Positions 27,562 through 38,407 are shown, counted from the stretch's first letter. The stretch: 64,000 nt of DNA from Candidatus Woesearchaeota archaeon (GCA_018303125.1 JAGVYS010000003.1:637-64636); one strand, 5' to 3'. Notes: generated by a model not told the origin, from the letters alone. Numbers and translations are program-made.

Positions 27562-28746
27562 TTAAACTGCTCGGGTTAATAGTGGTCTGTCCGGTATATC
27601 TAAGAGTGGCCTATAAGGTATGCCCTTTTTCAAGCGAGATTGTCTAGTACTAACAATTTTATCACCCTCTCCTTGATACATATTAAAAACTTCTGAGTTA
27701 TGCACATTTACACCTCTATTTATGCCATCCAGCAATCCTCTCAATGCCATTATTGATTCCATATACAGTGAGCCTGTGAAGCCACCATATTTTCCCTGGT
27801 GCTGTCTATGCGGCTCAAGTACTAAAGGTACAAGGCCATCCAATCCTAATCCTTTTAACTTTCTTCTTATCCTAGGGATTATCTGCGTGAACTCTGCAAG
27901 AATGACCTGGTAGTTGCTATCTCCTTGTCCTGCAGGAGAATGCGGCCACTCTGCAGTCTCGATACTTTCTCCATTTTTAATAGCATAATCAGATGGTGCA
28001 TCCTTTATGTGAAGCCCAGCTAAAAATTGTTTTAGTTCACGAAAACTTTGCAATGCAGCATTTTCACGTTTATTCTGCCTGACATCATTTGCACCATCAT
28101 GATACGCAAAAAACTTTAAGCCATCAGGATTACCAGTAATATCCTCTATAATCTGCCTCAAGGTATATCCAGTATTCCCGAACAATCCTGTTTCATTCTC
28201 AAGAAATCCGACCAAGCCGGCTCTTTTTAAGTCTCGCCCGACATACCTTAAGAGAGCAATAGCATCCCTGTACTGTTCATTTCTATTGGCAGCCATAGGA
28301 TTTTCTCTCGTTCCTGGATAAAACGAGAACATTCTTATTATTCTTGTATCCAGTGCATTTGCTGCCCTCACAACTCCGTTCGTAACTTTAGCAATATCTG
28401 AAACTGATGCCGCTCCAATCCATTGTTTTCCTAATGGGGAACCAACATCATTAGCTTTCACGCCATAATCCTTTGCCATGTCTGCATACCTTTGAAGACT
28501 TTTTTTGGGTGCATTAGAAACATTATACACAACTTGAGAATCACTAAGCTCACCGAGCTTTTTTCTATACTCTTCTGTCGGTAAATTATCAAAATGCTCT
28601 AATTTTGCCCTATCAACAAAGCTGAAAAATCTCGCAGAAAGCTCAAGGCCATGTTTAGCAAGAAATTCAAAGTGCTCTTTTGCATGCAGAGAATACTCAT
28701 CACCAAAAGCAACTATCTTCACTACAGGTTCTGGCTGATATGTCAT
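27562..28746 (-). CDS. Sugar phosphate isomerase/epimerase TIM barrel
   Basis: AFGDE, GSPLGK, IRMFSFY, LENE, HDGAN, LHIKD, GQGD, LEPH. Confidence 0.78.
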   Translation of the reverse strand: MTYQPEPVVKIVAFGDEYSLHAKEHFEFLAKHGLELSARFFSFVDRAKLEHFDNLPTEEYRKKLGELSDSQVVYNVSNAPKKSLQRYADMAKDYGVKANDVGSPLGKQWIGAASVSDIAKVTNGVVRAANALDTRIIRMFSFYPGTRENPMAANRNEQYRDAIALLRYVGRDLKRAGLVGFLENETGLFGNTGYTLRQIIEDITGNPDGLKFFAYHDGANDVRQNKRENAALQSFRELKQFLAGLHIKDAPSDYAIKNGESIETAEWPHSPAGQGDSNYQVILAEFTQIIPRIRRKLKGLGLDGLVPLVLEPHRQHQGKYGGFTGSLYMESIMALRGLLDGINRGVNVHNSEVFNMYQGEGDKIVSTRQSRLKKGIPYRPLLDIPDRPLLTRAV

Positions 28747-28863
28747 TTTCCAGAAAACGCATCCGAGCGTGTATAAATACTTTTTCAAAATAACTACCAT
28801 AAATTAGCGACATGTCAGTGACGAAACCAGCACCAAAAATTTATTATACATCTCAGCTTAAGC

Positions 28864-29490
28864 ATGATAATGATAACTAAAAGCCAGCTGAAAAAAGTCG
28901 AGGAATTTGCAGAGAAGGAATATTCTGACTTGAACTGGATGCATGTCTGCGGCATAAGGAAGATAGCGAAAATAATTTCAGAAAAGGAGAATGCAGATTC
29001 TTCAATAGTCGACCTTGCCGTGCTTTTCCATGACATAGCAAAAAAAGATTTTAAGCGTGAGATTTACCACCATATAGAGGGCAGCAAGGTAGCAGAGAAA
29101 TTCTTAAGCGAAATCGGTGTTGGCAATGCTACCATAGGAAAAGTCTGCCATTGTGTAATATCTCACTCAACGCCATTGGAATATTTTAAAGAAAAGGCAA
29201 GGAAGCTTAATTTGCCAAAGTCATTCCTGCCTGAGCCAAAGACTATCGAAGCCAAGGTCCTATTCGACTCTGACATGCTGCAGCAATTAAGCCCCTATGG
29301 CATAACAAAGAGCCTTTACATGAATTACACAACATACAATTTTGGCTTCGTTGAAGGGTTCAAAAAGACAGGCAATACATTGGTTAATGATGCATGCAAG
29401 GCGCTGTTCACCAAAACAGCAAGGGAAATGGCAAAGGAAAGGATTGCTTTCCTTAAGAAATTCTTTGGCTGGCTTGAAAGGTGTGACTAG
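28864..29490 (+). CDS. HD-domain phosphohydrolase
   Basis: H...LAVLFHDIAK...HH...SHS...AKVLFDSD. Confidence 0.88.
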   Translation: MIMITKSQLKKVEEFAEKEYSDLNWMHVCGIRKIAKIISEKENADSSIVDLAVLFHDIAKKDFKREIYHHIEGSKVAEKFLSEIGVGNATIGKVCHCVISHSTPLEYFKEKARKLNLPKSFLPEPKTIEAKVLFDSDMLQQLSPYGITKSLYMNYTTYNFGFVEGFKKTGNTLVNDACKALFTKTAREMAKERIAFLKKFFGWLERCD

Positions 29491-29618
29491 CTCTGCCTTT
29501 GGTGTTGCCAGGGCATTAATTTGGGTGATATGCTTTAATTCTGGCAATTTTAAAAGCGCCAAAATTGTTTTGTGCTGTTCAGATACCTTTATATACGCTC
29601 TATTGTTCTTGACGAGGG

Positions 29619-29981
29619 ATGAAGCCGGGCCATAAATCCAATGGAAGAGGGAAGGAGCTTACCGCAGAGGAGCAGGCGCAGTCAGAGATATCCAGGATTA
29701 AGCTTCCGTGGAAGGACCAGAGTTTCGGCATTGTTGACCAGAGGCTTGGCGGCTCAAGGATGCGCGTAAGATGCCTGGATGGCAAGACAAGGATATGCAG
29801 GATTCCTGGCAGGCTAAAGAGAACGCTTTGGGTGAAGGAAGGCAATCTTGTTGTTATACAGCCATGGGAATTAGGCGGCGATGAGAAAGGGGATGTCGTT
29901 TACAAGTACACAAATGCACAGGTCAATTATCTGAAGGGCAAGAGTTACCTCAAGGCACTTGAGGGCACAGAAGAATTCTGA
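29619..29981 (+). CDS. eif1a: Translation initiation factor aIF-1A
   Basis: LGGSRMRVRCLDGKTRICRIPGRLKRTLWV..G...PW...KGDVVYKY. Confidence 0.95.
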   Translation: MKPGHKSNGRGKELTAEEQAQSEISRIKLPWKDQSFGIVDQRLGGSRMRVRCLDGKTRICRIPGRLKRTLWVKEGNLVVIQPWELGGDEKGDVVYKYTNAQVNYLKGKSYLKALEGTEEF

Positions 29982-30021
29982 GAGATAAGTTTATTAAACA
30001 ATTAAAGAGATTTTGCATTCC

Positions 30022-30618
30022 ATGCTAATATCCCAGGGGGCAGAGGCAAGGCTCTATAAGGAAGGCACTCTGCTAATAAAAGACAGGATAAGGAAGAATT
30101 ACAGGCACAGCAGCATAGATTCTTATTTGAGAAAATCCAGGACAAGGAGGGAAGCTTTGGTTTTGGAAAAGGCATCAAAGCTTGGCATACCTGTGCCTGC
30201 GCTCAGGCATTCTGATGGCATATCAATCCTGAAAGAAGATTTCATAGAAGGGGGCAAGCTTAGTGATGTTATAGAGAAAATAAATTATGCTGATGTCGCA
30301 TTCAGGCTCGGCAGCATAATATCTAAGCTGCACAGCAACAACATTATCCATGGCGATTTGACAACCAGCAACATTATTGTTTCGGGCAAGGAATTATTTC
30401 TCATTGATTTCGGGCTCAGCTTCTTTTCGCGCAGGATTGAAGACAAGGTAGTTGATGTCAACCTTTTCAGGCAAGCGTTGGAAGCAAGGCATCCTTCAAT
30501 ATGGGAGGACTGCTTTAGCTCGTTCATTAAAGGCTATCTCGGGAAAAATGATTCTAAGGAATTTCTCAGCAGGCTGGATGTAGTAAGCTCAAGGGGCAGG
30601 AACAAAAGGAAGGTTTAA
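30022..30618 (+). CDS. bud32: KEOPS complex kinase Bud32
   Basis: QGAEA, K.YRH..D..LR..RTRRE, IIHGDLTTSN, IDFGL, EDKVVD. Confidence 0.92.
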   Translation: MLISQGAEARLYKEGTLLIKDRIRKNYRHSSIDSYLRKSRTRREALVLEKASKLGIPVPALRHSDGISILKEDFIEGGKLSDVIEKINYADVAFRLGSIISKLHSNNIIHGDLTTSNIIVSGKELFLIDFGLSFFSRRIEDKVVDVNLFRQALEARHPSIWEDCFSSFIKGYLGKNDSKEFLSRLDVVSSRGRNKRKV

Positions 30619-30643
30619 ATAGAAAAATGCCAATGATGAGCAA

Positions 30644-31198
30644 GTGAAAAACGAGACACTCATAAAATATATACTGTGGTTGTTCTCAGTCATATTCGTT
30701 GCACTTGAGTTTGTTGCCCTTGGCATTGACAGCCATTATAAGTTCGACTTCATCTTTGTGATGGCACTATTGTGGTCCCTATACCTTGGAAGGGAAAAGC
30801 TGCATCTTCACTGGCTGCATTACCTTTCATTTGCATTTTTCCTACTGCTGCATGACATAGGGATGTTCAGGCTTTATGAGCTATTTATACTTGGCATAGA
30901 ATATGATTATATAATCCACTTCATTTTCGGATACATATCATCCCTAATAATCTTCAGGTTCTACTCACTCAATGCATATCCAAATGTGTATTTAACAACG
31001 ATACTGCTTGTCCTTGGCCTTTCTGCGGTGCATGAGCTTTATGAGTTTGCAGGAGCCTTGGTTCTGGGTGAGGGGGAGGGAGTGCTTTTCATAGGTGCAG
31101 GCGACCTTGACCAGTGGGACACGCAGAAGGATATGGCGAATAACCTTATAGGTGGCATTGTAGCAGTTGCATACCATTTGATAACGAGGAAGAAATAG
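30644..31198 (+). CDS. Membrane protein (DUF2238-like)
   Basis: Multiple TM segments, YD..IHF, HELYE, QWDTQKDM..N..G. Confidence 0.7.
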   Translation: MKNETLIKYILWLFSVIFVALEFVALGIDSHYKFDFIFVMALLWSLYLGREKLHLHWLHYLSFAFFLLLHDIGMFRLYELFILGIEYDYIIHFIFGYISSLIIFRFYSLNAYPNVYLTTILLVLGLSAVHELYEFAGALVLGEGEGVLFIGAGDLDQWDTQKDMANNLIGGIVAVAYHLITRKK

Positions 31199-31199
31199 C

Positions 31200-32774
31200 A
31201 TGAAAATTTTACTTATCTTGGCAATGCTCGCTTTATGCCTTCCAGCAGTTTTTTCTGACATCTCCGGCTTTATCATGCTAGGGGAGGAGAAGTCATACAT
31301 AATTCCGGAAAAGAATTTTACCATATCCCTTCTCGACTTTAATCCTCTTACAGAGAGGCTCTCCTTCAGAATTGATGGCATGCTCCTTGATGTGCTCCCC
31401 TCACAGAAGAGAAATGTCACGTTTGCCAATTTTGAGGTCATAGGCTATTCAGGCCAGTCAAAGTCAGATTTCAGCGTATCTTTCACTTTCTCCAATATTG
31501 GACATTTTGAGTGCGTGAAGAAATGCAAGGAAAACATGTTTATAGATTTCATGAGGTATTTTGACCCTGAATTCAACATTTGCACAGAGGACTGCAATGC
31601 CGGCTGCAAGCTTTATATGGAGGACAGGTGTGTAGCAGGTGAGGAATGGATAATGAGCAATTGCGGTGAAAAGCTCAGCCTTTTATCTGACAATTGCACG
31701 AGCCCTAGGAAAAAGCACACGCTTCAGTGCATTTCTGACTCTGATTGCAAATCACTATCATGCCATTTTGGAATGTGCATTAACAGTACATTTTCAATCG
31801 GAGATGCATTGTGCGAGCTTCCGTCAGAGCCATGCTCCTCCCCAGACTGCACATGCGGCTCAATTCCTGTCCCTAAAAAGATAGAAGGGCCAATAATTCT
31901 TTTCCACGGATTCACGAGTTCTCCTGATAAGATGAAAAACCTTCAGAGGAGGCTGTCGATTGATTTGCACTATGCTGATGGTGGAGAGCTAACACTTGAA
32001 AAGGGGTGCAAGAAAACTGATAGGAACACTGTTTACACCGCTTCCTACTATATAGGTGATGAGAATAAGAGGCCGCTGGAGATACTTGTGGGAGCAAGCT
32101 ATTACCAGACTTATTCCAATCTTAAATCAACAGACGCAAGCCTTACTTTCCGTGATACCTTCTCAAGGATAATAGAGAAGGCAAGGCAGTGCTCTAACTC
32201 AGATAAGGTAACCATAATAGCACACAGCATGGGAGGCATTATAGCAAGATCATACATTCTTGAAGGCAATAACGCAGGAAAGGTACATAAGCTTGTTTTG
32301 CTTGCCTCACCAAATAAAGGGGGAGTGTACGGCAACCAGAAATATGAGCTGGTCAAGGGGCTCGAGGCAGAGCTTGGCGACAGGAAGGATTTGCTAAGCA
32401 AGTGTGCAAGTGCAGGGCTTCCTTCGGTTGTGCTTTCACTGATGGATGGCAGGGATGTTACAGGAGAGTGCCAGCAGATGCAGCAGGCAAACACAATTTC
32501 TAATCCCATACTTGAGCATGATGAAACTCCAGGCATTGTAGAATACTATACAATTGCAGGAAATGTAGATGGCAAGGGTGATGGTGTTGTAACAATGGAA
32601 AGCGCTGCGCTTGATGGCGCTGACAATAGGATAGTTGAGTGCGACCACTTCTCTCTTAGGGACCCATTGAAATGCAGGGCATCATACCTTGAAGTAATAA
32701 AATCCTTGGGCTACAGTGAGGACGATCTTAAGAAGCCGAACATCATAGACAGGATTCTTGGTATTTTTCCTTAG
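31200..32774 (+). CDS. Secreted alpha/beta hydrolase (lipase/PGAP1-like) with Cys-rich N-terminal region
   Basis: Signal peptide, PIILFHG, AHSMGG nucleophile elbow, ASPNKG, GDGVV, DH. Confidence 0.82.
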   Translation: MKILLILAMLALCLPAVFSDISGFIMLGEEKSYIIPEKNFTISLLDFNPLTERLSFRIDGMLLDVLPSQKRNVTFANFEVIGYSGQSKSDFSVSFTFSNIGHFECVKKCKENMFIDFMRYFDPEFNICTEDCNAGCKLYMEDRCVAGEEWIMSNCGEKLSLLSDNCTSPRKKHTLQCISDSDCKSLSCHFGMCINSTFSIGDALCELPSEPCSSPDCTCGSIPVPKKIEGPIILFHGFTSSPDKMKNLQRRLSIDLHYADGGELTLEKGCKKTDRNTVYTASYYIGDENKRPLEILVGASYYQTYSNLKSTDASLTFRDTFSRIIEKARQCSNSDKVTIIAHSMGGIIARSYILEGNNAGKVHKLVLLASPNKGGVYGNQKYELVKGLEAELGDRKDLLSKCASAGLPSVVLSLMDGRDVTGECQQMQQANTISNPILEHDETPGIVEYYTIAGNVDGKGDGVVTMESAALDGADNRIVECDHFSLRDPLKCRASYLEVIKSLGYSEDDLKKPNIIDRILGIFP

Positions 32775-33016
32775 TCCTTTTTCATTTCTTTCAGGGATTT
32801 CTCCATCATGGGCATTACAGCTTCAGCCTCTTCCCTTATCATCCTGCCTAGCTTTGCAAATGTCCATTCTGCAGTATTAGGGTTCCTGTTTTCCCTGCTT
32901 ATCTGCAGTTTCTTCTCCCCGTCGTTGTAGGAGTAAACTCCCACAGTTATTTTTGTTGTCTCAAATTCCTTTGTTTCCGAGAAAAGCTTCTTGTCAAGGT
33001 TCTTGTCAAATGCCAT
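32771..33016 (-). CDS. Small PC4/YdbC-like nucleic-acid-binding protein
   Basis: 81 aa, ITVGVYSYNDGEKKLQISRE...W..AKLGR + helix; family by pattern recall. Confidence 0.55.
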   Translation of the reverse strand: MAFDKNLDKKLFSETKEFETTKITVGVYSYNDGEKKLQISRENRNPNTAEWTFAKLGRMIREEAEAVMPMMEKSLKEMKKD

Positions 33017-33161
33017 TATATCACCATTTTTTGGAAAATTCAATGGTTTTTAATGCTTTGGGCAAATTTTGATCCCATTTGTCGCAGATACTTAACTTCT
33101 TGAGAGGGGAATAAATCATTCTTTGGCAAACTTTTTAACCTGAAGCAATGAGCCATCAGCC

Positions 33162-33755
33162 ATGATAAGGGCAATACTCTTCGACATGGATGGCGTTCTT
33201 GTTGACTCAATCAAGGCATGGTTTACAACGTTCAACATGACCCTGAAGAAATTCGAGGGGAAAGAGATAACCCTTAAAGAGTTCGAAAGCGATGTATGGG
33301 CACAGGATTTCAACATAACAAGGACAAAATATTTTTCTGCTGATAAATCCCTAGTTGATTCTTACTTCTATTCTCTCCAGCCAAAGCTTCTGGATATGAT
33401 GGAAAGAGATGAAAAGGTATGCAGTGCACTGAAGTTATTGAAGGAAAAATATGTGCTTGCTGTTGTTACAAATACGCAGACATCTTTGGCAGAAAAGGTG
33501 CTTTCCAAGCTTGAAATAATTGGTTTTTTCAGCAAAGTCATAGGCATAGGCAAGGACATGAAAGGCAAGCCAGAGCCTGATATTGTATTGCTGGCGCTGG
33601 AAAAGCTTGGCCTGAAAAGCAATGAGGCTGTCTTCGTAGGAGACACTATCTGGGACAGGATGGCTGCAGGAAAAGCAAAGGTAAAGTTCATCGGCTACAG
33701 GATTAAAGGCGACGAAAGGATTGGATCTTTGGAAGAACTAAATAGTTTATTGTAG
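33162..33755 (+). CDS. HAD-family hydrolase
   Basis: FDMDGVLVDS, VVTN, KPEP, VGDTIWD. Confidence 0.92.
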   Translation: MIRAILFDMDGVLVDSIKAWFTTFNMTLKKFEGKEITLKEFESDVWAQDFNITRTKYFSADKSLVDSYFYSLQPKLLDMMERDEKVCSALKLLKEKYVLAVVTNTQTSLAEKVLSKLEIIGFFSKVIGIGKDMKGKPEPDIVLLALEKLGLKSNEAVFVGDTIWDRMAAGKAKVKFIGYRIKGDERIGSLEELNSLL

Positions 33756-33763
33756 AATTTTGC

Positions 33764-36493
33764 TCACTGGGATGGCAAAGTCAAGTTATAAAAAGCAAAT
33801 AGCTGTTCTGCAAGAGGCTCAAGTATCTCACTAGGAAAGCAGAATCTAAGTTCTGTGAACTGTCTGCGGAATTTGGTAATTTCACCAGCAACATTTTTTC
33901 CTTTCAATGCTTCGGCAGTATAGCCGGCAAGTGTTTCAAAGTCTCCATTGTTCATTCCCCATCTTGTCATCTCCTGTGTGCCCGTCCTTATGCACGAGCC
34001 ATCTGAAAAGCCAGCATCCCTGTCAATGCCTTGGGAACTTGTGATGATGTTATTATCTTCAAGCACTCTTGCAAAATAAGGCCCCCGATTTTTTCCCACA
34101 TTGATAATCACCTGATGTGATTGTGTATAGCCAACACTTGGGTTGCCTTCTACTTTTACACCCTCTTCAATTAATCCCCTGGCATAAGCTTTCGCATTGC
34201 TTAGTACCAGTGGCTGGTATCCTGCACGGAAAGCAAGCATCTCCTGTGCTGCAACATAGGCCCCCAAAAGAGTTCCGGGGTGGTGGTTGCTGCTGCTTCC
34301 TGGGAAAGCGCCCTTCTCAACAGCGCTCCATAATGGGCTTAGGTAGTCTCCTTCAACTATATTGCTTGCGACAATTCCCCTTTGTGTACCAAAGAAAGTT
34401 TTGTGTATTGAGCCGGTTACAAAATCTATTCCTTCATTAAATGGCTCCTGGAAATTCGAGCCAAAAAGCCCCATCACATGTGAGCCGTCATACATCACAA
34501 CAGGCCTGTGCTTAAGCCCTGAAACTATCTCTATTATCTGTCTCACAGGCTCAGGGCCAAGAGTCATGCTTTTTCCAAGTATTATCAGGTCCAGCCATGA
34601 TATGGAAGCTAGTTCATGTATCAGGTCAGAGGTTTTATCGAGGTCAATCTCGAAAGGATTGTCTTTTCTAACAGGGAACGCATCAATGCAGTATCTTCCT
34701 GATGCAGGATCTCTTGCAATGAAATTCTTAAGCTCGCCTCTGAGCTGTGCGCTGAGATGCCCCCCCATCATCAGGTCGTGAGCAAGTGCCCTAAGCCTTC
34801 TTGCCTCGCCTTTCTCTCCTCGGTTGACATATTCAGTAAGAGCTTTGTAAAGCACAAGGTTGGCTTGCTGCCCTGAAATTGGCCTTGCCTCCACATTTCT
34901 GCATCCAAGATATTCCCTCATTGATGCTTCAAATTTAGCTTGGACTTCAAGTATAAAATCAGTACCCTGATAGTATGCTACTGGCTGGTTGCGGTCAAAT
35001 GCCAGAATCCTTGAATTCTCTGCATATCTTCCAGGGTCGGCAATTGAAAGTAGCGCAGCATGAGGTGAAAGCATGCTCTCGGAAGCTATGAGATTGAATG
35101 TCTCAGTGTGCCTTCTATTTCTCTCATTGGCTGCTTGTGTGATGACCGTTTTCACGGCTTCTAGCCTATCAGAAGAGGATAACATATGATAATTTCTATG
35201 TACCTCAGGATGTATTACAGGCCTTACATAAGGTGCAGCCACTCTCATGTTAGGCACACCCACAACAGCAGGCACTTTATTGTTCCTTATCTCAATATCC
35301 ACATTTACACCATAATCCCTTGGGTCTATTGCAGGGTCAACAAGGGCAAGCCCTATTGCACGCGTATTATTATTTTCGGTAATTTCAGAAATCATCCCTC
35401 TTGTAGTTATTTCCCAGAAAGGCACACATGTACCGCTTGTAACGTATCCTATATGGCTACTGCCATTCCATACTTTGTATCCATTCCTGGGCGGATTTCT
35501 TCCAGGGCCATCTTTGTTTTGGTTTAAGATAGCAATAGGCATTAGCGCATAAGGCACTGCTCTCTCTTCCATGCCCTTAAAAACACCCCTCTTCCAGCCC
35601 TGCACCTCGAGATACTGTTCCCAGAGTGCTTCCCTCCCGATAAAATCGCCTTTGCTGTTCTCGAACCTGGTTGCCATCCTGCCTATAGGGACAGAAAAAA
35701 CAGGAATATCTTTTCCGTCAGGGCCTTTTCCGAATTCATGCCCATATAACGGCAACGCTGATTCAAGCCTTAATGTGTCTCTTGCGCCAAGCCCTACAGC
35801 AACAAAGCCATGTTGTTCTCCTATTTCATAAATCATATCCCAGAGACTTGCTGCCTTTGCCCTGTCCATAAAAAGCTCGAAGCATACAGGCTCTCCTGTA
35901 TAGCCTGTCCTTGCGATTACTAGCTCAGTTCCTTCAAAACTTGCAGTTGATACCATGTTCCTTTTGTTTTCAGGCAACTCTCCTGAGGATACAATCTGCT
36001 CAAGGACTCGCTGGGAATTCGGCCCCTGGAGTGCAAACATCTGCACTTCCTCACTCCTGTCAACTAGGCCAACATCAAATTTTTTTGCATTCTCTCTTAG
36101 CCAGCCGAGGTCTTTTGCCCTATTGGATGCATTGACTACAAGAAGAAATTGCTTTTTGTCAAGCCTGTAAAGATATGCATCATCAATAGCATTGCCCTTC
36201 TCATCAGGTATTACAGTGTATTGGGCTTCTCCCTTGCGGAGAGCTAGTGCATTGTTTGTAAGAACATGATTAAGAAAAGGAACAGCACCTTCTCCGGAAA
36301 CAAAAAACCTTCCCATGTGCGAGATGTCAAACAATCCCGCATTTTTTCTTGTTGAGCGGTGCTCGAATAAAGTTCCTGTGCCGCCCCTTTGTTCATTGTA
36401 AGAAATAGGCATTTCAAAGCCGCCAAAAGGAGACATAGTGGCTCTGGCCTTGTGCCATTCATGCAAGACAGTTTCGGAAAGACCTTCTGGCAT
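33764..36493 (-). CDS. gcvT: Fused aminomethyltransferase (GcvT) - serine hydroxymethyltransferase (GlyA)
   Basis: N-half FGGFEMP, GLFDISHMG, ALQGP, ARTGYTGE, GLGARDTLRLE; C-half NLIASE, YYQG, SGQQAN, GGHLS, DGSH, SIHKTFFG, RTGTQEMTR; single 909-aa ORF. Confidence 0.9.
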   Translation of the reverse strand: MPEGLSETVLHEWHKARATMSPFGGFEMPISYNEQRGGTGTLFEHRSTRKNAGLFDISHMGRFFVSGEGAVPFLNHVLTNNALALRKGEAQYTVIPDEKGNAIDDAYLYRLDKKQFLLVVNASNRAKDLGWLRENAKKFDVGLVDRSEEVQMFALQGPNSQRVLEQIVSSGELPENKRNMVSTASFEGTELVIARTGYTGEPVCFELFMDRAKAASLWDMIYEIGEQHGFVAVGLGARDTLRLESALPLYGHEFGKGPDGKDIPVFSVPIGRMATRFENSKGDFIGREALWEQYLEVQGWKRGVFKGMEERAVPYALMPIAILNQNKDGPGRNPPRNGYKVWNGSSHIGYVTSGTCVPFWEITTRGMISEITENNNTRAIGLALVDPAIDPRDYGVNVDIEIRNNKVPAVVGVPNMRVAAPYVRPVIHPEVHRNYHMLSSSDRLEAVKTVITQAANERNRRHTETFNLIASESMLSPHAALLSIADPGRYAENSRILAFDRNQPVAYYQGTDFILEVQAKFEASMREYLGCRNVEARPISGQQANLVLYKALTEYVNRGEKGEARRLRALAHDLMMGGHLSAQLRGELKNFIARDPASGRYCIDAFPVRKDNPFEIDLDKTSDLIHELASISWLDLIILGKSMTLGPEPVRQIIEIVSGLKHRPVVMYDGSHVMGLFGSNFQEPFNEGIDFVTGSIHKTFFGTQRGIVASNIVEGDYLSPLWSAVEKGAFPGSSSNHHPGTLLGAYVAAQEMLAFRAGYQPLVLSNAKAYARGLIEEGVKVEGNPSVGYTQSHQVIINVGKNRGPYFARVLEDNNIITSSQGIDRDAGFSDGSCIRTGTQEMTRWGMNNGDFETLAGYTAEALKGKNVAGEITKFRRQFTELRFCFPSEILEPLAEQLFAFYNLTLPSQ

Positions 36494-36607
36494 TATTTCT
36501 ACCCCTCTACTCCAGAGTGGTGCTTATTTATATATATTTCTTCTTATCGGGTTTTAAAGGCATAATCATGGCTTAGAATTGTCTCTGAAACAAATAATCA
36601 GCCTAAA

Positions 36608-36904
36608 TCAAACGCCATACTCCATAGCGGCATTTATACCAGGAAAAGAAGATTTCAGACTTGCTAAAATGCCTTCAAGTTCTTTTCCATCCATTCTCCT
36701 TGCCTCATGCAAAGGATTAGGTTCTATCCTGACGCTTATTTTTATGTCCAAGGTCCGGTTAAAGTATTCAGAGAACGCTTCCTTCAATTGTCCGAGGCCA
36801 TTAATTGTACCTAAAACTGAGCCACCAATTTCATTGGGCAATCTGCCACTGTATCCAATTAGTTTTCCCGGTATATGATAAAAACTTATAAAATAATTGT
36901 CCAT
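36608..36904 (-). CDS. Hypothetical protein
   Basis: 98-aa ORF co-oriented between rps7 and gcvT-glyA. Confidence 0.45.
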   Translation of the reverse strand: MDNYFISFYHIPGKLIGYSGRLPNEIGGSVLGTINGLGQLKEAFSEYFNRTLDIKISVRIEPNPLHEARRMDGKELEGILASLKSSFPGINAAMEYGV

Positions 36905-36937
36905 GCAGATATAGATATCAATATTTGCTTAAAAATT

Positions 36938-37531
36938 TTACCTTGAGGCATCAGCCTGTCTTTCTACTTCCAATTTCTTGGAGATTGCATGCGAGGTATT
37001 GCTCATGCCGTATGCATTTATTATCTCTTCTGCTATGCAGTTCTCTATGCTCTTCTTTGAGTTGAAGCTTTTCCAGAAACTTCCCTGTACGAAATGCCGC
37101 AAGGCAAGATCAATTCTTCTTTGTGGAGAGCATTCCACGGCCTTGGGGTATCTTGCTCCTCCGTATTCTATGGTTATTATCTCTTCCCTCTGCGCGGCAT
37201 TCTCAAGCGCCTGCACGTAAACTTTGATAGGATTCTGCTTCAGCTTGCTCTCTATTATTTCAAATGCCTTCTCTATTATCCTGTAAGCATTGTCTGCCTT
37301 GCCTGTGACATGGCCTGATGATTTGAAATGCTCTTTGCCCTTATGGCCTGGCACCATCACCTTGTTTATCAATCTCTCGACGATAAATATCTTGCTCTTG
37401 TGGAATCTGTTGCCCGCATATCTGGAACCGGTCTTGGGCACTACTTTTGGCTCAAGCGTGATATATCTGGTAAGTCCCGGATCACTGACCTTAACATCAG
37501 AAACATCCCACCTGTTGAATGCAAGTATCAT
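36938..37531 (-). CDS. rps7: 30S ribosomal protein S7 (uS7)
   Basis: W....V.DPGL.RYI, IVERLIN, YGG..YP.AV..SPQRRID, ERQA.ASR. Confidence 0.97.
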   Translation of the reverse strand: MILAFNRWDVSDVKVSDPGLTRYITLEPKVVPKTGSRYAGNRFHKSKIFIVERLINKVMVPGHKGKEHFKSSGHVTGKADNAYRIIEKAFEIIESKLKQNPIKVYVQALENAAQREEIITIEYGGARYPKAVECSPQRRIDLALRHFVQGSFWKSFNSKKSIENCIAEEIINAYGMSNTSHAISKKLEVERQADASR

Positions 37532-37965
37532 TTTCTAGCCTTCTCCAGCTTGCCCTTCCTGAGCGCATCAAGGCTCTGGTCATTTACTTGTATAACTTGC
37601 CATCTTATGCCTGGCAAATCTCCCTTGGCTTTTCCCATGGAGCCGCCTATGCACTCAACAAGCACTTCATCGTGCTCGTCAACGAGCTTCGTTGCGCCGT
37701 CTCCTGGAAGAAATGCGCTTATCTGCCTGCCATTCTTTATGAGCTGGACCCTTACGGCCTTCCTCATGCCTGAATTTGGTTGCTTAGCCTCTACCTGTAT
37801 CTTCTCAAGGACAAGTGCCTTTGCCTGTGAAGAACCCTCTAGCGGGTCGGACTTTGACTTCAGGTCAAGTGTCTTTCTTACGAACCACTTATCCTTCCAT
37901 TTGGATACCGCCCTTCTCTTCATCAGCTTCTTTGCCGAATTTATTCCCCTTGATTTGTGTCCCAT
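37528..37965 (-). CDS. rps12: 30S ribosomal protein S12 (uS12)
   Basis: [34 protein letters not shown]. Confidence 0.97.
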   Translation of the reverse strand: MGHKSRGINSAKKLMKRRAVSKWKDKWFVRKTLDLKSKSDPLEGSSQAKALVLEKIQVEAKQPNSGMRKAVRVQLIKNGRQISAFLPGDGATKLVDEHDEVLVECIGGSMGKAKGDLPGIRWQVIQVNDQSLDALRKGKLEKARK

Positions 37966-38002
37966 TTTATTTCGTGTACAGCGAGCATATTTAAACCTTT
38001 TC

Positions 38003-38407
38003 TCAGGCTACGCTCACATCCTCCACATTAAAGTGCCTCTTTACTATTGAGCTTATCCTGCCTAAGTTTGACCTGTCCCTTCCTATCAATCTTGCCCTTG
38101 TCTCCCTGTCTCCTCCTTTTATTATCAGATTCTTTCCCTCAAGCTTGGCCTCAGCCACGAGAGGGTGTATGATGTTTGAGACGAATTTTTCAACATTTTC
38201 ATCGAATTCAAGCACCTTGACATGCTTCCTGAGTGCAGACTCAACGCTTTTCAGGTTTCTCATGTTTCTGCCCATGGCAAGGCCCATGTCGCCCTTCTCG
38301 ACTATGAACATGGCCAAATCAGGAATACAATCCTTTACTCTTGCCCCGGTCATTGATTCGAAGAATGTGATGAGCCCGAGGGTGGATAAATCATACACCT
38401 TCCTCAA
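38003..38407 (-). CDS. nusA: Archaeal NusA-like KH-domain protein
   Basis: [21 protein letters not shown]; canonical operon position. Confidence 0.9.
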   Translation of the reverse strand: MRKVYDLSTLGLITFFESMTGARVKDCIPDLAMFIVEKGDMGLAMGRNMRNLKSVESALRKHVKVLEFDENVEKFVSNIIHPLVAEAKLEGKNLIIKGGDRETRARLIGRDRSNLGRISSIVKRHFNVEDVSVA

